Source of the DNA: Acanthaster planci
Taxonomy: Eukaryota
Assembly: GCF_001949145.1 (NCBI RefSeq)
Contig: NW_019091358.1
Coordinates: 2,846,535 to 2,910,534, forward strand
Reading direction: 5' to 3'
Length of the DNA stretch: 64,000 bases
Within the stretch, counting starts at the first letter, position 1, and the number at the start of each line of letters is the position of its first letter. A program made the translations under genes and the position numbers. Under the pieces are notes generated by a model. The model was not told the DNA's origin and ran no database searches. It was given only the letters and a program-made list of their open reading frames with translations. This document shows positions 26,001 to 36,200 of this stretch, in pieces.

Positions 26001-29000
26001 AAAGAGAATGTTCTAATTATGAATAAAGCAAGTAACTAAGTGATAGCACGTTCTTTTCACGAAGCTTCCTTTGAGCTGAACCCTATGACCAGTTGTTACT
26101 GTTTGGGATCTTAAATTTGTTCTTTCTCTTTCTCAAATCGTATGAAATCTGCTATTTTCAAGATAGGCCTATTACGCTGGCAGTGCGGTATACGGGCGCG
26201 CAATTCACGAGCTCTCCCATTACCTTCGAGTGCCCTACATTCACACAGGCCGAGTTCGGGCGGCTTGTTCCCGTATGTTCACGAACAGCTCGATTTGTTG
26301 TTCGTGGGTCGGCCACTCGAACGCCGGAAACAAACAACCGGTTATCACAAGCAACATACAACATGGCGACGTCCATGTACGTTATTCGAGAGTTAAGGTT
26401 TGGATGGGCTGAATTCTGAAAATAATTAATGTTAATTTTGCAAAACTTCCCAAAACTTCCCATTGTCTACATGGTCTATGGCTTTGGAAGCCATCTCTCT
26501 ACTTTTTGCAGCTGTTCAAAAATCAAAATCTCACGAGTTTTTCCGTGTGTTCCTGTAAAACCCTGACGATATTTGGTGTGTGATCCTGTTCCGAAAACAG
26601 TGTTCTTGAGTCGTGTTCCCGCCGTTCGAGCGCGAGAACAAGAACCATGTGTCAAAAACAGGCCGCCCGAACTCGACCACAGTGTCCACTGAATACCTCT
26701 TCCAGATTAGAATGGAGCCTATTCACCAATTTTTGAAATATTCGCACAGCCTCTTCAATTCGGCTTAAAGTGTCAAAAGTGACAAATAGTTCGTTTGTCA
26801 TTGAACTCAGCAGCAGTTGTTGACAGATTAGAGCCGTTAAGCAAGCAATATATCAAGTATACTTTTGGTAAATCCGAGTTGTCACAAGACGGGTGACCAA
26901 GGCTGTATAAGTTTTATTTCCAAAACCTTAACCTTTGCCAAAGAACTCTTTGTCAAATAAAGCAATAATTACAAGAATATTTCTGACGTTTGCATTTAGG
27001 CCACGTATTAAATTAACTGCTTCATTCCCTACACGTGTCGTGCACGTGTTGTTTTTAAAATTTGGGTAAATGCTCATTGCAACTTTTTCGGGAAAATAAG
27101 TAAAATTGAAAAGGGAAATTCATGCAACTTTAGTGGATAATACTGGTATTGTTTTGTGTGTGTTGTAATCAGTATTTTGTTTTTAAACAGGCATAATTAT
27201 TTTGGTTGAGGTGAGTCCATGTACATTGATGGCAAATTTTAATGAAATTAAATAGGCCTAGTCTTAATACTAAATTATAAAATAGCCTTCATTAAAGCAC
27301 TTTGGGTTCGTGTGTTGTCTCTCTCGGAAAACAAACACGCTTTGCCTCCCTGTGTTCGCAGAGGGCATCAATGCGCTGGATGGGGGTAACAGGACTGTCT
27401 TCGGTGACACGGGCACCGGTGGAATCTTCTGTACTTACCCGCAGGAGTACTTCGGGATGGGTCCTGGATTTGTGGAGCAGGTGAGTCTTGGGTCTGCATG
27501 AAAGATCGACGAGTGTCAAGGGAGCGGCACCACGACACAGACACCCATACCCCTTGCTCTAACGGGTTAAGCGACCTTCCATGCTCCTTCGCTTTGCCCG
27601 TGAAAAGTTTGAGTCTATTGAATGAAAACTGAATTTGACAACACAGAAAACAAGGAATTGATTCTAGGTTTTATTACACGGCATGGGAGAGGGGGTTTCA
27701 CAATGCGGCTGAGTGCTTCAACCTTCTGCTTACAAATAGCTTGACAAATTAGCAACGTTGAATGCATTACCAATGAGTAAATTATACAAATTTCATGTAA
27801 AAATATATATGTACAAAGTGATCTTTCGAGCATGTAAGGTCAAATAATTATAACCAATATAAAATTCCAGCAATTTTGTATCAGCTAAGATTGAACTATA
27901 CGGGTAGGAAACAATGCGTATGCAGTATGAGTGACTTGATATTTCTGTATAGAACACAACAGAGCACTGTTCTTTTAATAATTACTACGCTCACGATTAA
28001 TTCTAATGCCACTAACTTTAAGTCGACAAAACATTACAAAACTTCATTAATACAATTTCAAAATTTGTCTTACTAGCTATATTTTGCTTGTTTCGTAAAT
28101 TAATCAAAACCACTGCTGTGTGAACTGCCAGATACGAAAACCACAAAAAAACACTCAATGGAAAAGTGGAAACAGTATACCTATGTATAGTTATACATAG
28201 TATAACTATGCAAGTCAACGCTTTCAGGCTAGCGGTAGCAAGGGCCGCATTTTGACGATTTTTTTTGTGAGAAATAAGGATGCTCTAAGAAGTAGAGACT
28301 GTGTATATATGCAGTATTAATGCAAAACTCATAGTCTTCCATTATGGTTCTTCAGGGTGTCTTCCTGGAATCCTTCTTTCATGACAAATGAAACGAAACT
28401 CTGGTGCATAGTTTGAGCAGGCGAAACAAAAGCTTTTCTTCCATTATAGCCCTTCGGGGTGTCTTCCTGGGATACTTAAATCCTGACAAATAAAAGCAAA
28501 ACCCTGGTGCATTGCTAAAGCAAGCGAAACAAAAAATATTCACCGCCAGGGCCCATCTGGCCCATTGGGGCGTCTTCCCGGAAGCCTTCATTCAAGACAA
28601 ATAAAATGAAAAGTGCGGTGCATTGTCAAAGCAAGCGAAACAAAAATCTCTTCCATCATGGCCATTCTGGCCCTTTGGGGTATCTCTTTAAGGAATCTTT
28701 CATTCATGAAAAAAGGAACAAAACTCAGGCGCAGAGGCACTAAGAGCTTTCCTGGAACCCTTCATTCGTCACAAAAGAACAAAAATCAGGTTAGGACAAA
28801 CAAGCGTCATCCCAAAATCCTATATTCATGACAAACATACTAAACTCAGGTGCATTATCAGCACAGTTCCTGCAGAATGCATTAGTCATCATAAAGGAAA
28901 GACACTCAGGTGCATTTCTTCCCGGAATCCTTTACTATGAAATGAAGCAAAAACAAAACTTGGGTACATTCTTAACAAGTGTCTCTCCGGAATCCTACCT

Positions 29001-31234
29001 TCGTGAACAAAATAAATAAAACGCAGGTACTTTATTAACACAGCCCCTCCCGGAATCCTTCAAACATAAAAACGCTCTTCATTACGTGAAGAGTAAGCAA
29101 TTAAATGACTGAATTGACGTATAGCGGTTGCTTCTTGATTGCTCATAATGGATGAGGAATATGACAGCTTGCAAGGTAGAACAGAAAGCAGCAAAGATGC
29201 AAGCTGCCTTGAGATATGAGGGTCAGCATCGAAATGATGGTTGGGAAGACTTAGTAGAAGGTGTGGGATCCACATGCAGGCTCTCCGTGCATTATTACCA
29301 TGAAGGGAGGAGGCGAGCGAAAAACTTTGCACAAAGAACAATTTTAAAGGATCCATGAAATGATTTTTTTAGCACTTTTTGCATATCTCTGTACTCTTCT
29401 TCAGTGTATAAGGACTGTTTGACATCCTTTTTTGAGTTGCACGAACAGAAAAGTGCAAGGTTTGGCTTAGCGACCACCATCTCTAAAGTGGGCCGGTTCC
29501 TTTGTGCCCTTATCCGTTAAAACAGTGTATTGGTGCAAGACGTTGCTTATTTAACCATGGAGGAAAGACTTCCTCCATGCTTAATCGTCAAAGAAGTAGC
29601 CACACGCAAGCTGAGCTTGTCTGTCGGTGGGCTTTGTCTCATCACTAGTGAGAGAAACGTGATCCGATTCTCGCCTTCTACAGATCATTAACACGGGCCT
29701 CCTCCTGCACTGCACCTTAATGTTTTTCGACGAGAAGAACGGCAAACCGACCAAAGGGATGGAGCCGTTCTTCGTGGGTCTGTCAGTGGCTATGATTATC
29801 CTAGCGTGGGGCCACAACGCAGGCTCACCCATGAACCCAGCCAGGGACTTCGCTGGCAGGTTTCTTACATGGATAGCTGGCTACGGATCTGAAGTCTGGG
29901 TGTAAGCAAACAATCCAGTCTTTTTAGCCTGTGCAGTTCTGGCATTTGGAATGCTCAAACAGGTAGTCTTGGTTCCAATAAGATCTCTTTTGTTGAATTT
30001 TCCTCCCTCGTGGAAAAAAATATCGTTTGTTTTCGTACTACCGAACACGTTCATCGTACTGTAAATTTTATCTGATGAGGATCGAGTATTTTTGTGCTTT
30101 AAGTGTTTATGTATAGGCCTACGCACAGCAACAAAATAACGTCTTGTGTCCAAGACCCAGCAAAAGCACCCCCTCATCAGTTGAAAAGAGTCATTTTGAT
30201 CGGGAATATTCATTTTGTTGGTAGCAACGGCCGTAATGTGTGCATTTTTGTAGTCGTTTGTGAACCAGCAAAGTTCTGTTCCGACCAAAGAAACTTCTGC
30301 TGCTATGAAAATCGTGCCCTCTCTCGGTCCAGCTCGAGGATCAAACCGCAGCCAGCCTGAGTAGCATATATCGAATATGGGTATGGCCCCAACCACTTGC
30401 CTCCGTAGGTCCACGTACCTTTTATTCTCGGCCTAGCCGGCCCCACACGTAGGGCCGTAGTGGCTCTCCTTTACAGTCTGTGTGGCTAATAAGTCGCCAC
30501 ACAGCTAGCCCGACGCACGAAGCACTGCCTTCCTTTTTCAAAATGGCGCCGCCCATGGTCGGAATATAAATATTTCAGGCCGGGTTTTTCAAGGAGCCAC
30601 ACATCGGAAAATATACGGTTTTGGAAAGCTTTAGGGTGCTAATATAAAAGTCCAAACTCTGAGAAATACATCGGTGCAAGTAAATTGTCGAGTCATTCTC
30701 ATTTCGGAAGAGAATTATTAGGATTCAAAGTTTGTGACAATCCTGCAGTTTGGATTTCAGGCATTAAAGACATGCCTTGAAGTAGGGCTGTGGTGGCTCT
30801 CTTTTACAATCTGTCTCTTATCAGTCGCCACCACAGCCCTACGTGTGGGGCTATTCTCGGCCATGTTTGGCAAATTTTGTTCGCGGCTCGCCTGCTTGGT
30901 TGAAACACCTAGGCCTACCCAGTATCAAAGTAGCTTCTAGCTCGCGGAGGGTACCTTCGGTATGAACACGCCTGACCGCCACACTCCATAATTCTTGAAC
31001 AGACCTCGGGGAGTCCACTGGTGGTGGATTCCCACGTTCGTCCCGCCCCTTGGGGGAATCGTCGGGGCCAATTTCTACTACCTGTTCGTCGAGCTGCACC
31101 ACCCGAGCGATAGCGAGGTGGTAGCTGATCACGGGAACTCGGAGCTCAGACAGATCCAGAATGAGGACGTGAAGCTGGTCGGTAAGTCATCATGTAAGTC
31201 GTGTAAAGTTAACGTCACGTGTACAGGGATATGA
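22903..31234 (+). CDS. Aquaglyceroporin (MIP family, AQP3/7/9/10-like), copy B; intact, 6 coding exons, ~312 aa
   Basis: Exons 22903-23007, 23302-23428, 24358-24495, 27362-27480, 29684-29901, 31003-31234 join into a 939-nt open frame. Motifs VSGGHVNPS, IFCTYP, MNPARD, FVELHHP. Confidence 0.93.
23302..23428 (+). CDS. Aquaglyceroporin B exon 2 (127 nt)
   Basis: LFVDGGLAAGIVSGWISGTPVSTAVTSGMGVAFGIYTGVAVS; CAG acceptor, GTATGT donor. Confidence 0.92.
24358..24495 (+). CDS. Aquaglyceroporin B exon 3 (138 nt, NPS)
   Basis: GHVNPSITVGLASVGKFPWRRVPLWILAQLVGALCGASVVFAIYY; CAG acceptor, GTGAGT donor. Confidence 0.93.
25695..26926 (+). repeat. Diverged ~220-bp direct repeat pair (25695-25925 and 26714-26926) in AQP B intron 3
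   Basis: Shared blocks GGAGCCT(T/A)TTCACC..TTGAAATAT, TTCAATTCGGCTTAAA, AACTCAG(A/C)AGC, GTCACAAG, ATTTCCAAAA. Confidence 0.7.
27362..27480 (+). CDS. Aquaglyceroporin B exon 4 (119 nt)
   Basis: GINALDGGNRTVFGDTGTGGIFCTYPQEYFGMGPGFVEQ; CAG acceptor, GTGAGT donor. Confidence 0.93.
28359..29070 (+). repeat. Degenerate tandem array (~10 units) in AQP B intron 4
   Basis: Recurring core (GTC)TTCC(T/C)GGAATCCTTCATTCATGACAAA...AAACTCAGGTGCATT; first three units ~100-110 bp, later units ~50-65 bp. Confidence 0.8.
29684..29901 (+). CDS. Aquaglyceroporin B exon 5 (218 nt, NPARD)
   Basis: IINTGLLLHCTLMFFDEKNGKPTKGMEPFFVGLSVAMIILAWGHNAGSPMNPARDFAGRFLTWIAGYGSEVW; CAG acceptor, GTAAGC donor. Confidence 0.94.
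30434..30853. mobile_element. 420-bp non-autonomous DNA transposon with TIRs and 9-bp TSD in AQP B intron 5
   Basis: TSD TTCTCGGCC at 30425-30433 and 30854-30862; ends TAGCCGGCCCCACACGTAGGGC(C)GT(A)GTGGC and GCCACCACAGCCCTACGTGTGGGGCTA. Confidence 0.8.
31003..31234 (+). CDS. Aquaglyceroporin B exon 6
   Basis: PRGVHWWWIPTFVPPLGGIVGANFYYLFVELHHPSDSE...; stop TGA at 31232-31234; 3' end uncertain because of an internal donor at 31182. Confidence 0.85.
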
Positions 31235-32915
31235 TGCTCTCAGTCACCACTCGCATCAGATCAAATTGTCAGACATACCCAGTTAAGACATTTCTTCGCA
31301 TGAAAACCTGTACGTCTGCGTTCGAAACCATAGTGACTGATGACCTAACGGGCTGGTCTCGTGAGAGACAGCTTTGGACATCTTTGGATTAATAGTAAAT
31401 AACCAAAGGACAGGATCAACGGGAAAAATGCTGGTGAGGAAATGTAACAAATGTCTGGGGTTCAAGTCACAAATATGGTTCTATAAGTGACAAGTCTCGT
31501 TCAGCAGACGTTTTGACGGGCTGCTAATCTTCTATTTGGAAATGGAGATCCATCTCGCTGTTCATCTGTGTCTCCGAAAGTGCGCGCTCTATTGGACAAC
31601 CTCTGTCTTAATTGAAACCCTATTACTGTACAGCTCGGTCAATTTGACGTATACTTTCAATGAATTTATCAAAAAGAGACAAATAGTTTTGACGAACTGT
31701 GGGGCTGTTACAGTCACGTAGGGGATTATTCACACTTCCAAAATTGTAGTTGTTTATCAACAGCGTCTCTTCCATGTAATATACTACAGGGTGAATACCA
31801 TGCAAGTTAGGTTTTACACACTATAGATAGAGGTATTAATAGTGTTTTTTTTTCGTTTCTTTTTTCAGATATCAAAGTTGCGACTGAACCCATTTCTGAG
31901 TGACACTTTATGACAGAATGGTGAAAGCTGGTGAGCAAACTTGATGATAACACTGTTGGTGTCACTTAAGTTCTTGGCATCCGTACAGAACAACCATTTG
32001 AAAAAAACATGTAGCCCCTCACCTGAGATTTAATTGTACGTATATTGATAAGAGTCACATAGAAGTTTGTTGGAATGGGTATCTTTAATTCATATCTACA
32101 TGTATTTGTTTACGTAAGTTTAAAATCATTTCTAATCGTTTTAGTTACAATGCTTTGGAGTCGCTCAACCTATCCTATTGTAATGGCTCTATTGCATATA
32201 TATTTATATAGATCTATATATATTCCCAGTATTTGTTTAACTGTGTTATGCCTTATCTTATAGGCTAGTTTTAGCAGTTTTGCAGCTATCTGTTCTTTGT
32301 GTATGTTGTATGTTTGGCAGCTGAATATCAGTCAAGCAATTTGCAGATGTTCGGAATGCTTACAATCCAGTCATAAAAATGCCATTTAGACAATAATGAT
32401 CATTTTTACAGAAGATCAAGATACTGTTGGATTGCATCATGGCTGTAACTTGATCAAAATATACTTCGGTCGTTTTTGAAATACAATAAACATTCAAGAA
32501 TTGCAGTGACCGTATGTGTAAGTTGACAAATCATGGATCATTATGATGGTATATTTTGATTGACTTTCGTTTTATACATTAATGTAAATAACTCAATAAG
32601 CAGAGTGAATATTCATATCAGTATGTGTTATTAATGGACGTTGTTTTAATATACTCATTGCAGTGGTTATCTTTGTTTAACCGTTTAAAATTGGTTTGTA
32701 ACCATATCCTTTTTTTATTTATGAGAGAAGGGCATTGTAATGTAAGCACTGTATGGTATGGGGAAAACCCTAATCTGGGAGAGGTATACGCTGTGGTTGA
32801 ACCATTCGAACCAACGTCTTCATTGACATAAGTATCGAAATTGTAAATTTCAAGAAAAAAAAACCTGCAGAACAAAATGACCTTTTCTATTCGCTCTAAA
32901 TACAGACGATTGACA

Positions 32916-33056
32916 ATAGTGCGCCTCCAAGAGTTTCAACGGGTTGACCAATCACAACGCGCAAAATCTGTCGACCCTTTCTAAACGCGCATTTGGTCGA
33001 CAGTTTTCGCGCATTGTGCTTGGCCAACGCGTTGCAAACTGTTGGAGGCGCACTAT
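32916..33056. mobile_element. ~140-bp MITE
   Basis: ATAGTGCGCCTCCAAGAGTTTCAACG ... CGTTGCAAACTGTTGGAGGCGCACTAT: 15-bp perfect TIR extending to ~27 bp. Confidence 0.75.
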
Positions 33057-35612
33057 GTGAAACGCCCAAGGGTACAGTTTCCCTTTCTCAAAAAAAAGCT
33101 TTGTACCCAATACAATCTGTATTACATTACACACAGTTGCCATTGGGGTGACCAGACTTGAAGGCGCGGGGGGGGGGGTTGAAATTCAATCGCCGTACTA
33201 CATGAATGAAAGAATCGACTAGTGATAGAGGGCGCAGTGACAAGATCCGCTAAGAGCTGATTTGGTGAGCCCTCGGTTGACTTAGCCCGCCTGAAGCAGA
33301 ATACATGAACGGAACTGCAGGCCTCTGTCTATTTACGAAGTTAACTATATGCGTCCACACGAGTAAAGTCAAATAGGTATTCTGTTGTAAGACTAGACCC
33401 GTGTTTCTGTGCCAGGAACAGAATTTGATCACAAATATGCAAATGATGTTGTTTAGTGTTGATCTAAAAGCTTCTATGAAAGCAGGAGATGACACACTTC
33501 CACTGTTTCTGTCTTTACATAATTCATTTACTCTTTCATTCTGCATCACAATTGGTAAAATGCTATCGATTTGGTTGCACATATATAATTATTGACTGCT
33601 AAAAACTGTTACTGAGTTAAACATTTCCATTTTATTTGGGACATTTTACTGAATTATATAATTTGGTACAGTATATATAAACCTGGAAATGCCCCCGGAA
33701 GTAACTCGACCTCGTTTGCATGTGTAGAGCAGAGAACAACGTCGATCCCAGGTGAGCGTGCCATTTCAATTTATACTGTCCTCGTGAAAATACACCGAGC
33801 TTTAGTAGTGCAATTTCTTGTGCCTCGCATACGCAGCACCCTGACATTGGACCCACGGCTTTGTTGGTTGCGGCTTCAAATGAATGCGTGCGCCTGTGGA
33901 AGTTACCACTGACAGGCTCGCATGAAAAAAAAATGAACCTGTGACGTAGCAAAAGAAGGGTCTACTATTTCATACTTAAAACACACAGGCCCCCAACCTG
34001 TAGTGCCTCATGAGAGCTGAGCAGTCATCAGTCATTCAAGCTGTTGGAGATCTGAAGACTGCCGGAGGGGTTATGAGGCATTGCAAGGTGTCCAGTGGCT
34101 TTGTTATGATGCATCGCTTCTGTATCATCCGAATTAGCTGGTTTACGTATGTTCCCTTCCTCAACTTAGTTTTTCTTCTTGTTCTGGGTCGTACACTGAA
34201 CGCCAGCGATACGAGCTTTTATGATACAAACGAGACGCCTGATGGAATAATTTTGTTATTCAATGATCTTATGCAATCAAATATGCAGCAGTCATTTTCG
34301 AGCAGTGAAAATACGTTTATTTCCCCTCTTTCCGTAAAAAAAATCGTGATTGAGTTGTCACTGGGATGTGAAACGCATAAGTATGAAGCCATCGCGGAAC
34401 TAAAGGCCATCCTGATGGTCATTAGCTCGAAAAGGTTTTTAAATCCAGATTCACGAACTTACAGAGATATAGTTCGCTGTAATTTTACTCTTGTCACAGC
34501 GATTTATTTCGTAATTTAGTAGGGTTTGATGTGGAATAGAAGAATTTTGTAGGGTTTAATGGTATCGATAAAAATCAGTTTGTCAAGGATCGATACTGGC
34601 TTCTTACGACGATGTTGCATAAAATGGCTCAATATCACTTTAAAAAGCCTTTCTACTTTTGGCTTTATCGTGTGTGTCATTAGAAACGTCCATTGCAAAT
34701 ATACATGTGGGGTACATCTTCAGGAAAACCCCTTCAAGAAATATTTTCAACGGTTTATATGTTGCACACTATGTTATTAACACGCGATGTGGCGTCTGCA
34801 TGTGAGACTACGGCATACACAGGTATCGAACACTGGCTCCGGCTCTTCACCGCTGCCTCATTTGATCAAAATTAGAAGCCGTAGTCGCAAGAGACAGGAC
34901 AAGGTTATGCCAAGTCGTGTCATGCGCCGCCCCGGCCCCATACAACCCCATGTATTAACTAAACAGGCAGTGCACATGAACATACATGTACGTGGGTTTC
35001 ACCATAGGTTTCACAAATTTCACACACTGTGATGATGTTTCATTGCGTTCTGGGCTACAGAGTCCTTCGCCATTGGGAAGGATGCCCTTTGAAGACTCTG
35101 TCCACATTTTATGTGAACAAGTCTAGCGCCATCTCGTGTTGATATCTTGATATCAGGACAAATCGACCACAGATTCTTCCTGCTCCATATCGCATTTACA
35201 CGTCGAGTATAAAAAACCGTAGTAACACATTGATAAATGGAGGAATTGCACTCTGAATAATTTTCATTTTAGAAAGAACAATAAATTTATGTTTAAAATG
35301 TTATCATGATTATGGTACTTCTATTGTAAATAATATTGAAATGATAATATTGATCTAAAGTAGCAATTACCAAACATTTCGTGACTAGAAAGGGAATGCC
35401 TACTACTTGAATAAATCACGTTACTTCAACAAAAATTGTGAATATGTAAACAAAAATTTTGAATATGTGAAGAACGATTCTGCTTCGATCTCAATTCAGT
35501 TGGCACCCCTTAATTGTATATTACCATGTGATATATTATTATAGTGACCCCTCCATACTCAGATGACTGAAATTCTTCTGGATAAATTGAAAGTTGAAAA
35601 TTGGGATAGTGT

Positions 35613-36200
35613 TTAAGGTGTGACTGCTGACTCGTCCGAGCCTCGGCTGTGGCTCCGGGCCTTGCTTCGTAGCGCCTCGATACTCTGCTTCTTCATCAGA
35701 GAGTGCGAGTCCATGTGGAACTCACCGCCAAGGCTTGCCGGCTTCTTGGCGGGGGGCGATGCGGCGGTTGACAGTTCCTTTGACTCGGTTGGCCTCAGGC
35801 TCGGAATGCGCAGGCTGGATAGGTGCCATGGGACCGGGAAGGTGGCTTGCCGGGCCAGCCAGTAGGAAGCAGCGGCCTGCTGCTGGTGGTGCTGTTGGGC
35901 GTAGTGGTGAGAATGGCCGGGAGCAAGGTGGTGCCCAAAGAGCGGGTAGCCTCTGACCATGGAACCGAGACCGTGCTGTGCAGCTATTGGGACAGGGACC
36001 TGCGCCAGTAGCCCGGGGTTCATCCCGGCGGGGCTGCCGCTGTGCATCGCCCAAGCACATTCTGTAGGGATTGACGAGTCCAAACCATGAGAACCCACTA
36101 AGTCACTTGGATAGTGAGAACTGAAGTAACCCGAGGGACTCTCCCGACTTTGCACCTTCTCCATCTTACGCCATTTCGCTCTTCTGTTCTGGAACCACAC
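35613..36200 (-). CDS. hbn: hbn exon 3 (helix 3, His/Gln/Ala-rich region, OAR motif)
   Basis: CAG acceptor; [15 protein letters not shown]...[13 protein letters not shown]...[13 protein letters not shown]...; stop TAA. Confidence 0.93.
   Translation of the reverse strand: MWFQNRRAKWRKMEKVQSRESPSGYFSSHYPSDLVGSHGLDSSIPTECAWAMHSGSPAGMNPGLLAQVPVPIAAQHGLGSMVRGYPLFGHHLAPGHSHHYAQQHHQQQAAASYWLARQATFPVPWHLSSLRIPSLRPTESKELSTAASPPAKKPASLGGEFHMDSHSLMKKQSIEALRSKARSHSRGSDESAVTP

Noticed and set aside
28359..29070. CRISPR-like repeat-spacer array
   Set aside because: Located in a eukaryotic intron; repeats highly degenerate, linkers mutually related and variable in length; no cas genes
29881..30414. 177-aa minus-strand ORF in aquaporin B intron 5
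   Set aside because: No domain similarity; overlaps repeat-like sequence
34010..34519. 169-aa ORF between aquaporin B and hbn
   Set aside because: No recognisable domain and non-coding-like composition
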